DNA of 64,000 nt. Source: Rebecca billardiae RCC1528. Its lineage: Eukaryota; Protista; Haptophyta. The stretch is from assembly GCA_965240325.2 (NCBI GenBank), contig OZ251224.1, positions 2,356,001 through 2,420,000 on the forward strand, read 5' to 3'. Positions 20,061-30,800 of this stretch are shown piece after piece. A program made the translations under genes and the position numbers. Below the pieces are notes generated by a model. The model saw only the letters and a program-made list of their open reading frames with translations, was not told where the DNA came from and made no database searches. Numbering within the stretch: position 1 is the stretch's first letter; every line of letters begins with the position of its first letter.

Positions 20061-23000
20061 GCGGTGCCTGCTGCTGCTGCTGCTGCTGCTGCTGCCGCGC
20101 CTGCTGCTGCTGCTGCTGCCGCTGCTGCTGCCGCCGCCGCGTCTCAGGCTTCCAGCACGGCCTCGACGTCGTGCACTCCGTGGACGCGCTGCAGCGCGCG
20201 CTGATCGGCAGCTTCGGCTGCCGCGTCTCGTCCAGGCGCGCGCTGCGCTCCCCGCGCGCTCCCGACGCGGCGGCTGGGCGCGCACTCACTCGCGCGTGCG
20301 GTGCGTGACGTCTCACGCGCGTGCGCGCCCTGCCTCGCGCCGCGCGCGGCCGCGCACTGCTACCGCTGCTGGTGCCGCCGCCACCGCCCCTGCTGCCGCT
20401 GTCGCTGCCGCCGCGCACGCACAGCCCGGCGGTCGAGTACCGCGGGATCATCTGGAAGGAAGACGCCGACTCGGCCGAGGCGGCGGCAGAGGTCGCGCTC
20501 GGCGGCGCGGCGAACGGCGTCGGGCCCGCGCCCGGCCCGCCGCCCGCGCCGGTCACGCGGGCGGACGATGACCTGCAGCTCGCCCTCGCGGCGGCGAGCG
20601 GCGCCGAGGCGGCGGCCTCGTCGGCGGTCGTGCCGTCCGTGAGCGCGGCGCCGAGCGCCCAGAGCGCTCCGCCTGCCCCGCTCGGCACGGGCAGGCGGAC
20701 GCCTCCGGCCACCACCACACCCACCAAGACTGCCCAGCGCAAGCCGAGCCTGATGTCGAGCCTGCTGCAGCAGGGCGACTCGCACGAGGAGGCGACCGGG
20801 CGTGAGCCTCGGCTGAGCGCCGGTGCAGACGGGCCGCGGCTGATGGCCCAGCTGAGCCAGGCCGAGCTCGCCGTGCTCGAGGCCGACCACCCGCCCGCCG
20901 CACTCAAGCCGTCCGCCACGAGCGCGGAGGAGCTGACGCCCGAGGCGCGCGCCGCGGATTACCGGCAGACGATCCGCGCGTTCGTCGCCGAGCGCTGCGT
21001 GGTCGTCGGTGACGTGCACGGCACGCCGGAGAGCAAGCGCGAGCCGTCGGCGCCCGGCCGCGGGCCCGTGCGCCACATCTGCGCCGACCGCGGCCCGGCG
21101 AGCGCGGACGGGCCGCAGCGCGGGCTGCACGAGGCGCTGCGCGCGTTCTGCGCAGAGCACGGCCGGCTCGAGCCGACGCGCGTCGCGGTGATGTGGGAGC
21201 TGAGCCAGCTCGGCGTGACGATCAACCGGCGCGCGCAGCGCACGCTCACCGGCATCAAGCTCGCGACCAACCCGGCGCAGCGCCAGCGCGGCTGCTCGTC
21301 CGGTGACTTCATGCGCGAGGCGGTCACCGTCGTGATGCACTTCATCGTGCTCCTCGTGCCGAGCACGCCGCTCTTCCTCTCGGCCATGTACGCGCAGGAG
21401 GTGTACGCGTCGACGTCGGCGACGCGGCAGCCGCTGCTGTGGCAGCACATGTTCGAGCTGCGCGAGCCTGCGCGCTCGCTGTGGACGCGCGCGGTGCTCT
21501 TCGACTCGGGCGGGCAGGTGCTCTGGTCGGTGCGCGCCGCGCTCGTCTGGCTCTCCTGCTTCTTCGGCGCGACCATCCTGCACATGGGCGCGCACTACCT
21601 CGACCTGCCGCCCGAGGAGGAGCCCGGGAGCGTGCGCGCGCGCGTGCGCCGCGCCGCGGCGCGGCTGTACGCTCTGATCCTCGGCATGCACATTTTTATC
21701 GTGCTCGTGCACACCAGCCTCACGCTCACGTGGATGATGCTCGCCGCGGTGCTCGAGCCCACCACCTTCCTGCCCGTGGGCACGGCGATGGTGGTGGGCA
21801 CGGTGGTCGTGCTCAGCACGCGCCGTGAGATGGTGCGCTCGGCGCGCGCGCTCAAGCGCGCGCTCGAGGCGAGCTTCAACACCAAGCTGCAGGTGAGTGC
21901 GCGCCCCGGCCGTGGGGGGACGCGGTGGGCACTCGCGCCACGAGCGCTGCACTCCGGGGGCGGTGCTGCGGCGCGGTCCGCGCGCGCGTCGGCCGGTGGC
22001 CCGCGCGCTCGCACCGCACACGCGACACGCGCCCCTCCCGCCCGCCCCGCCCGCCCCGCCCGCGCGCAGGTCGCGCTGCGCAAGGCGTGGCTGGCGTTCC
22101 GAGAGGAGCAGGAGGCGCGGCAGACCTCGCAGGTGCGCGAGCTCGGCATCACCGCCGAGCAGATCATGCGCCAGAACGTGCTGGACGTCGGGCCCGGGCG
22201 CGGCGCGCACCAGCAGGGGCCGCTCGCGCCGCCGCTCGGCGCGCCACCCAGCGGGCAGCTGCAGCCCGCAGAGGTGTTCGCCATGCTCACCTCAGGCCTG
22301 CGCGCCAGCGCGGACGGCGACGAGGGCGACACGAGCGTCACGATGGCTGAGTTCGAGATCCTCTTCGAGAAGCTCGACCTGCAGCTCTCGCGCGCGCGGC
22401 GCGAGCAGCTCTTCGCCTACATGGACATCAGCGGTGCGCGCGCCGCACGCGCGCGTGCGCGCCGCCCCGCGCGTGCGCCGCCTCGCGGCGAGGCTGCCGG
22501 AGCCGCGAGCGCCCGTGCGCGGAGTGCTGCGTGCGTGATTCAGTGGGGCCGCGTGCTCACGCGCGCGCGCGCTCGGCCGCGTCGGCCGTGCAGGCGACGG
22601 GCGCATCGACCAGCGCGAGTTTGAGGACGGCTGGGCGTTCCTCGTCGAGCAGCTGATCCAGGAGGTGACCGAGCAGGCGGGCATCTCGTCCGCGCAGATC
22701 GTCCTGGCCGTGACCGTGCTCGTGCTCTGGCTGATCCTCGTCTTCGCCTTCATCTTCCTCGCGATCCAAGGCTGGGTCGCGTCTGGCTCGTTCGAGTCGG
22801 CGGTGCAGTCCATCTTCGTCGGCGTCGCAGGCGGGGTGCTGCGCTCGGTGCAGCGGCACCGGCCGCAGGAGTACGACGAGGCGGACGTGAACGTGCTCGT
22901 GGCCGACATCATGACCAACGGCAGCCGCGAGAACGCGGCCGCGCACCTGCACACGGACTATGGGCCCAGCCAGCGCGAGCCCGCGCTTGCACGGGTCTAG
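16560..23000 (+). CDS. Large multi-exon multi-TM protein with EF-hand motifs, function unknown
   Basis: ORFs 16560..19814, 20321..22624 and 22665..23000 can be joined by introns (e.g. 19702-20147). EF-hands YDTDKDFFINRHEL and, across a splice, MDISG|DGRIDQREF. TM segments LLWLFIVVFLFACLL, AVVIAVLAALLLAV, IVLAVTVLVLWLILVFAFIFLAI. Confidence 0.7.
19938..20130 (+). repeat. Interrupted (CTG)n microsatellite, intronic
   Basis: Runs of ctg separated by ccgcggcgc, inside the predicted intron 19702-20147. Confidence 0.9.
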
Positions 23001-23271
23001 CAGCCGCTGGATGCCGGCGGGCCACGCGGCCGCGTCGATTGTCGAAGGCGTCTGCGCCCGGATATGTCGCGCTGGCAACGCGGTGACTGACACTGACTAC
23101 CGCTACGACTACTGTTCTCAATAGCGCGCAAGACTAGCTGCTGCGCTGCGCTGTCGTCGCGTCTGTCAACGTCTGCTAGTGATGCCTCTGCTACCGGCCC
23201 GCTCTGATGACGGGCTAGCTCTCTCACCGCTTGCGTCGTGTCGTCAGCCCACGCACTCAGTGACTAGTGAC

Positions 23272-24405
23272 TCAGCCCTCGCGGCAGGTCCGACGCCATT
23301 CGTTGCAATACGGCTTGTGCGCCTTCCACGCCAGCCGCAGGTGGTCCTGCGAGCAGAAGACAGCCACGCGACACCGCTCGCACTTCTTCAGACCATGGCC
23401 CGACTGTGCACACACCAAGCAGCACTTGGACACCACCTCGCGCTCGCCCGCAAACTCGGCGGCGAGCATTGCAGCAGGGTCGAGATCGCTGTCGAGCTCG
23501 TGCGCACGGCGCAGCAGCCGCGCGCCTTCCTCCACATCGCGCTCCACGCCCTCGCCCGCAAGTGTCAGCCGCCCAAGCAGGGCCAAAGCGGCTGGCACAT
23601 CGGCATCTGTGGCCAGTCGGTACAAGCGCACCGCTTCGGCCATGTCCTTCGGCACGCCCTCGCCCTTCTCGCAGCACACGCCCAGGGCGCACTGCGCCCG
23701 AGCGTGGCCCTGCTCGGCCGCCAGCCGGTACCAGCGCGCCGCCTCGGCCATATCCTGCGGCTCGCTGTTCTCGCAGCACACGCCCAGGTTGCACTGCGCC
23801 CGAGCGTGGCCCTGCTCGGCCGCCAGCCGGTACCAGCGCGCCGCCTCGGCCATATCCTGCGGCACGCCCTTGCCATTCTCGCAGCACCAGCCCAGGTTGC
23901 ACTGTGCCCATGCGTGGCCCTGCTCGGCCGCCAGCCGGTACCAGCGCGCCGCCTCGGACATATCTTGCGGCACGCCCTTACCCTTCTCGCAGCGCAAGCC
24001 CAGAGTGCACTGTGCCCATGCGTGGCCCTGCTCGGCCGCCAGCCGGTACCAGCGCGCCGCCTCGGCCACATCCTGCGGCACGCCCTCGCCGTTCTCAAAG
24101 CACGAGCCCAGGTTGCACTGCGCCCGTGCGTGGCCCTGCTCGGCCGCCAGCCGGTACCAGTGCACGGCCTGGATCAGATCGCGATCTAGTCCGTACTGAC
24201 CCTGGTGATGAAGATCGCCAAGCGTGAACTGAGCGTCGGCAAGCCCACGGTCGGCGGCGACGTGCCACAGGCGCATCGCCTCGCTTAGATTCTGAGCGAC
24301 GCCGTCTCCGCGTGCAAAGCGATCAGCCAAAATGTGTGTGGCAAGCGCGTCACCTCGCGCCGATCTGCGTCGAAGCAGCTTCACCGAGGCGCTGGTTTCG
24401 TCCAT
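23272..24405 (-). CDS. Sel1-like repeat protein (8 repeats) with C-terminal MYND finger
   Basis: 36-aa AQCNLGxCCExGxGVPQDMAEAARWYRLAAEQG repeats, then CLVC..LKKCERCRVAVFCSQDHLRLAWKAHKPYC. Start MDETS chosen by alignment with the paralogue. Confidence 0.92.
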   Translation of the reverse strand: MDETSASVKLLRRRSARGDALATHILADRFARGDGVAQNLSEAMRLWHVAADRGLADAQFTLGDLHHQGQYGLDRDLIQAVHWYRLAAEQGHARAQCNLGSCFENGEGVPQDVAEAARWYRLAAEQGHAWAQCTLGLRCEKGKGVPQDMSEAARWYRLAAEQGHAWAQCNLGWCCENGKGVPQDMAEAARWYRLAAEQGHARAQCNLGVCCENSEPQDMAEAARWYRLAAEQGHARAQCALGVCCEKGEGVPKDMAEAVRLYRLATDADVPAALALLGRLTLAGEGVERDVEEGARLLRRAHELDSDLDPAAMLAAEFAGEREVVSKCCLVCAQSGHGLKKCERCRVAVFCSQDHLRLAWKAHKPYCNEWRRTCREG

Positions 24406-24672
24406 CTGTGCGGGCGGCTCCTTCTTCCCCGTCGAGGCGCACGGCGCTGCCGCCGGTGTCCGAGTAAGAGTTGCCGCGCGAGGTGAGTTAGATGACGGTT
24501 GGTCATTGGTCATTGATTGGGGCTGGTTAGTTTCAAGTTACTGCATCAATACCCCCACAAACTGTACGATCTGGCCGCGAGATCGCGACGACGACGACGA
24601 TGACGACGACGGGTGCCGCGCGACTCATACTCCGGGATGATCAACACGATTTTTAAATTCGCATCGAGGCGG

Positions 24673-27600
24673 CTACTGGTCATCGTCGGGCTCATCCGCA
24701 TGCAGGGTGAGCTCCTTGAGCAGCCGTTCGTCCACGCCCGCGCCCGCGCCCGCGTCCGCCTCGCCGCACCCGCCGCCGGACGGCGGCGCCGACTCCGCCG
24801 CGGAGGCAGCAGCGGCGGCTGTGAAGACGCCGTCGGCTGCGACCGCGCCCACGAGGTGGTACGCGCGCCCGCCCTGCACGAGCGCGCCCTTCTTCGTCTT
24901 GAGGCTGCCGAGCATGCGCAGCCCCACGCCGTGGTTGTACACCGAGTCGTCGAGCGCGCTGCCCCAGTCGAGCCGCGCCTCCCAGCCGGCGTCCCCGCCC
25001 GCCGCCGGCGGCCACGGCTCTGTCGCCAGCCGCGCGCGCATCTCTGCGACGATGGCGCGGGCGGCGTCCGCGCCGAGGACCAGCTGAGGCGCGTGCAGGT
25101 GCGCGCCGCTGCGCACGCCCGCGCCGCCGTGCTCGTCGACGGCCGCGCACGGCCGCGCGGCAGTGATGAGCACACGCCCGACCGACGACGCAGCCCCGCC
25201 GCCGCCGCCGCCGACCGCGGCGGCCGCGCACTGGAGCGTGCGCGCGAGGTGCGCGAGCCGAGGCGCGTCGAGGTGCGCGGGCGCGCAGCGCACGTCCACG
25301 TCGACGAAGAGGCGGAAGCGGCGAGTGTCCACGAGCTCGCACAGGTAGCGCGGCGCGCGCTCGGCGGCGTACACGGTGCGGAACTCCGCGCGGAGCGCCG
25401 CTGGCACGCACAGCAGCTGCGTGCGCGCGGTGCCCACTGCCATCCGGAGGTGGGTGGCGCGCGCGCGCCGCCGCGCCGCGCCGCCGTCGAGCACGCAGCC
25501 GCGCGCCGCGAGCCATTGGCTCAGGCTCGACGGCGGCGGCTGCGGCGGTGCGCGCGGCGGCGGCGGCGGCGGCGGCGGCTGCTGCTCCGCGCCGTCGGCG
25601 CCCGCGCCGTTCGGCGCCGCCGGCCCGTCCGCGATGCGCACGGCGGCGGGGTCGCGCTCCCACCGCCGCCACATGGCGGCCACGACCGGCGCTGGCACGG
25701 CGTGCGCCGAGCGCTGCGACAGCCGCACCGCCGTCCGCTCGTCGGCGGGCGGCGCGAGCTCGAGCACGACGACGGCCGCCCCCGCGCGCTTCGCCGTGCG
25801 CACGTAGTACCGGTACTCCTTGAGCCGGCTGTTCGTGTTGTCCACGACCACCACGCCGCCCGTGGCGGCGCGGCCGGCTGCTGAGCCGGGCGGCTCGGCC
25901 GACGCGGCGCCGAGATCGGCGCACGCGCGCTCGAACGCCGCGCGGCACGCCTCGTGCGCGCGCGCGAGCTGCTCCGAGTCAAAGGCCTGCGCGTACAGCG
26001 CCGCCGCGACGCGCTCGGCCGCCGACGAGCCTGGCGCGCACGCCTCCGTTGTGTCGGGCGCCGGCGCGGCCTCCCACGCCGGCGCGGCCCCAAGGGCCCG
26101 CCGAGCTCCCGTCGCGGCCTCGTCCCGCTCGGCGCGCGCCGCGCCCTCCGCGCTCGGCGCGCGCCGAAGCGAGCGAGCGTCGCGGCGCGCGGTGCGCACG
26201 GCCGCGCGCCGCGCCTTGGCCGAGAGCGTGGCGCCGGCGGCAAAGAAGTCATCGGCGGAGCACAGCACTACGCCGGCGTCCGCGTACTCGGAGGGCTCGC
26301 TGGGCTCAGAGTGCTCCGGCTCGCTCTCGGCCGCGGCGTCGGCGGGCGCGTCCGCGCAGGCAGCGCCGCCGCGCCCCGCGTCGGCGGGCGCGGGCGCGCC
26401 CGCCGCCCACGCGCGCGCGAGCGCGCGCGCGAGTGTCGACTTGCCCGCGCCAGGCAGCCCACGCAGCACGAGCACGGCCCATGACACGTCGGCGGCGACG
26501 GTCTGTGTGCCGTGTGCGGCCGCAGCCGCGGCGAGCTCGGCGGAGGACGCCGTGCCGGTGCCGCCCTCGCCGCGACGGTCGCGCGGCGGCACCAGCACGG
26601 CGGCCGCAGCCTCGGGCGGCGGCAAGCCCTCAGGCGCCGCCGCCGCCGCCGTGGCGGGCGGTGCTGTGCCGAGCATGGCTGCCGCCGCGCAGGCGCGGAG
26701 CCCGGCGAGCAGCCGGCGGAGCGGGGCGGATGGCGACTCGGCACACACCGCGATCAGCGCGGCCTCGAGCGACGCGTGCGCCACCCCCGCCGCGGAGGAC
26801 GCGCGCGCGGCGGACTTGGACTCCCATTCCCCTTCGCCTTTTTGGCCGCCGCCGCCGCCGCCGCCGCCGCCGCCCGGCCCACCATCGGCAGACGAATCGT
26901 CTCGGCGCGCCCGCCCGTCGGCACTGCTCGCGCCGGGCGGGCGTGCGGCCAGCGCTGCCGCCATGTACGCGTCCATCTGAGCCGCGCTCGCGAGCACGAC
27001 GCCGCCAGCCGTCGACGCCGTCGGGTGCCACGCGCCCGCCGACGCGGCGGGGGTGCCGTCGGGCCCGGCTGCGCGGTCGGCGCTCGCGCGACCGTTGGCC
27101 GTGCGGCCTCCGGAGTGCTCGGCCGCCGCGGCCGTCGAGTGGACCGACCCGTCCGCGCGCGCGGCGGCGTCCTCCGCCGCGGTCGTGGAGCGGCCGCGGC
27201 GAGGCACGCTGAGCGAGAGCCGCCGCTCGTCCCCGCCGCCGTGCGCGCGCGAGTGCCGCTTGCGGTCGTGCCCCGCGCCCTTCCGCCCGTCGCTCTCCGA
27301 GTCCACACCGTGTGCGCGCGCGTACGCGTGCACGGCCGCGCGCGCCCTGGCGTCTGGCAGCTGCGCGCGCGAGAAGCGAAGCCGAGCGCCGGCGGGCGCG
27401 GTGTGCACAAAGTCGAGGACCAGGGCGCGCACCTTGGGGGCGAGCAGCTCCAGCGCCGCGTCGGCGGCGGCGCTCGCGGCGGGCGGCGGCATCGGCGGCG
27501 CCCAGGCCGGCAGCCGCTGCGGATGCGCCGCGGCCGCGCCCTCCGCGCGCGCTGCGGCCGGCGCGGGCGGCGAGGGCGGCGGCTGTAGCTCGAGTCCGAC

Positions 27601-27784
27601 CACGCCTCGCACGCGCAGCTCCGCGCTCGAGCTGCCGGCCGAGGCGCCAGCCTCCTCCCCCTCCTCGCCACCGCCGCCGCCGCCGCCCCGCCGGGCGAGG
27701 GCGCTGCCTCCGCCCTCAGCGCCGCCGCCCAGCGCGCCGTCCGCGTCGTCGAGCGGCTCCGCGACTCGGCGGTCGGCGGCCGCG

Positions 27785-27840
<56 letters not shown>

Positions 27841-30800
27841 GTTGTCGTCGTCGGCGTCGGCGGCGTCGGCGGCGGCGTCGGCGGCGGCGCTAAGAAGCTG
27901 GTTGGAGTAGACGGCGCCTGTGCCCTCCGCGGTGGAGATGGTGACGTGCGGGTGCGCGTTGGAGCCCAGCGCGCCGAGCACGAACACGCCGTGCACGTCC
28001 TCCTCCGCCGCGCGCACGCGCACCGCCTGACCCCTCGAATCCGCCGCGTGCGCGTGCAAGCGCAGCGTCAGCGCGTGCCCAACGTGCGGCCGCAGCCGCT
28101 CGGCGCACCAGCCGAGCGGAGGGGCGAAGCGCAGCGTGCAGTGGTGCGCGTGCACCGTGCCGTGCAGCGCGGGCCAGCGCTCGAGCAGCGCGCGCTGGCT
28201 CGGCGGGTCTAGAAACACCGCCGCGTAGAAAGGCGGTGGCGGAGGCGGCGGCACCGCGGCCGCGGGCTCGGCGGCGGCGGCTGCGGCGGCGGAGGGCGGC
28301 GGCCGTGGCGCCTGGCGTGCGGACTCAGACTCCGCCGCCTCCGCCTCCGCCGCCTCCTCCGTGTCCTCGTCGTTCTCGTCTGTGCCGCACGTGTCCGCGC
28401 CGCCCTCCGCCTCGCCCTCGCTGCTCTCCTCTGCGCCGCCATCGCTCGACGGCAGCAGCGGCGGCGCGCCGGCCACGGCCTCGCCCCCGCCGGCGTCGGA
28501 GCGCGCCGCCGAGCGCGCCGCGCGCGCGACGGCCGCGCAGCCGGGCACGAAGCGCGCGCGCAGCTCGGGCACGCTCGGCAGCAGCACGGCGGTCTCGGGC
28601 GCGAGGGACGCCGGCGCGGCCGCCCCCGCGTGCGCCGCGAGCGCCTCGAACAGCGCGAGCGGGAGCACCGCATCCGCTGCCGCGTAAGCGATTTGCTCGG
28701 CGCTGAGTGGCGCGCGTGCCGCCCAGTCGGACGCCTGCAAGCGCTTTTGCTTCGACGGGAGTCGGCGGGCGAGGACGGCCCAGCACGCGCGCGCGGCGCT
28801 GGGCGGGTCGGCGGCTGGCTCGGCGCGCGAGAGCACCGCGTGCACCGCGCGCTGCGTGTCCAGCACGCGCGGCACCGCGGGCGGTAGCGCGGCACGCGCC
28901 GCGCGCGTCGGCAGCGCGTGCGCCGCGGCAGCGCCGAGCCTGCACAAGTCTTCGGCCGCGGCTCCGAAGCCGAGGACGAGGGTGTGCTCGGCGCGGAGCA
29001 GGGCGAGCGCGGCGCTGAGGAGCTCGGCGTGCGCACGGCCGCGCTGCCGCCGCCGCTCGTCCGCCGGGACGACTGGCACGGCCGCGCTGCCGCCGTGCCC
29101 GCCACCGTGAGCGCCCGCCGCCGCCTCTGCCACGCCTGCGGGTGCGGCCGCAGCCGGCGCCGGCGGCGCGGCCTCCGCCGCAGCGGCGTCCTCGAGGGGC
29201 TCGCCGCCCAGCCCGCCGAGCAGCCGGATCAGGTACACGCGCAGCGCCGGCGGCTCTGCGCCGCCGCCGCCCCCGCCGCCGCCGCCGTCGGCTGAGGCGG
29301 CTCCGCCGCCCGCCGAGCGCACAGCCAGCTGCAGCAACGAGGCCGCGTGCCGGCGGCGGCGGGGCGGCGGCGCAGAGTCCGGCTCGCCGCATGCTCCGGC
29401 GGCTGCCGCGCCAAAGTCGTCGGGGCGCCACTCCACATCGAGCCCAACGAGCAAGCGCGGCGCGCCGCCGGGCGCGGACGACAGCGCGTGTCGCGCGCAC
29501 GGCGCGCCGGCGCGCTCGGCCGCGGCCGCACCAATCGCTCGAAGCTCGCTCGCAGCCGCGAGCGCAGCCGCCACGTCGTGCGGCTCGACCAGGCGGACGT
29601 GCCACGCGCGCGCGGCGTGCCCGGCGTCGTGCGCGCCATCGCCGCGGGGCGCGCCGCCCGCCGAGCCGTCCGCACCCGGCCCGAAGCACGGCGCGTCCGC
29701 GGGCGCGTGCGCCTCGCGCGCGCGCGCGCACACGGCGGGGGGCAACCGCGCGGCGGCGGCGGCGGCGATGGCAGCGGCTGGTGTGGCGATCGCCGCCGTG
29801 GGTGCGGCGCTCGGCGGCGCGGGCAGGACGCCGAGCGCCGCCGCCGCCGCGTCGGAGCGGAGCAGCGCCGCCAGCCGCGCGCGCGTACGCGCGCTCGACG
29901 CGCTCGACGCCTCGTGGTGCACGAACACGCCGCCGGCGCGCGACCACGCTGCTCCGATTGCTTCGCGGTCGTCGATCAAAACACACGTCCCCGCCGCGGC
30001 GGCGCGGATATGCATGTGCTTGTCCGACGAGGCGCAGGTGATGACGGGGGTGGGCGCGGCGCCGCCGAGCTCGCGCGCGCACCACGCGCGCTTCTGCGCC
30101 GCCGCGCGCGCGCCCGCCTCGCCCGCGCCCACGCCGGTCAGTATGCACAGTGACGAAACAAGGCGCGCGGCGCGCAGTCGTTCAAGCGCCGACCAGAGGC
30201 TGCGCCCGGCGGCCGTCCACGGAAGGTTCTCGAAGAAGTCGCGCTTGCGCGAGATGGCGCGCCAGAGGAGCCGGCTCGGCGTGGCCGCGATCAGCCGCGC
30301 CGCGAACGCCGCCGAATCGCCGTCCCCGCCACCACCGCCGTCCTCTTCGTCGTCCGCCGCGTCGGCGGCGGCGTCGGCGGACGCCGCGGCCGCGCCTCGC
30401 GCTCGCACGGAGTGCCGCGGCGCCGCGGGCAGCGCCGGCAGAGGGATGTCCCCGGCGGCGCACAGCCGCGCGACGAGCGGCGCGGCCGCGGCGTTGAAGT
30501 CGCACAGCACGCCGTCCAGGTCGCAGAACACGTGCCACGCGGCAGCCGGCGCCGACGCGCCGTCACCCAGGGCCGGCGCGGCCGCGGCCGCGCCCGGCGC
30601 GCCCGGCGCGCCGGCCCCCGCTCCGCCGCCGCTGCGCGCGGCCGCGGCGTCCGGCCGCGCGCTCGGCTCGGCCGGGCGCGCGCCCGCGCGCTCCGCCCGG
30701 TCCACGCGCACGAGCGTCTTCGTCTCGAGCGCCAGCTCCAGCGCCGCCTGCAGCTCGGCCGCCCCGAACCGGGTGCCCGTCCGGATGAGAATACCGCCGA

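Noticed and set aside
19835-20308. Poly-Cys, poly-Gln and poly-Ala ORFs
   Set aside because: Translations of the intronic CTG microsatellite.
27787-27850. (GTC)n run as a separate element
   Set aside because: It encodes the poly-Asp linker of the repair protein.
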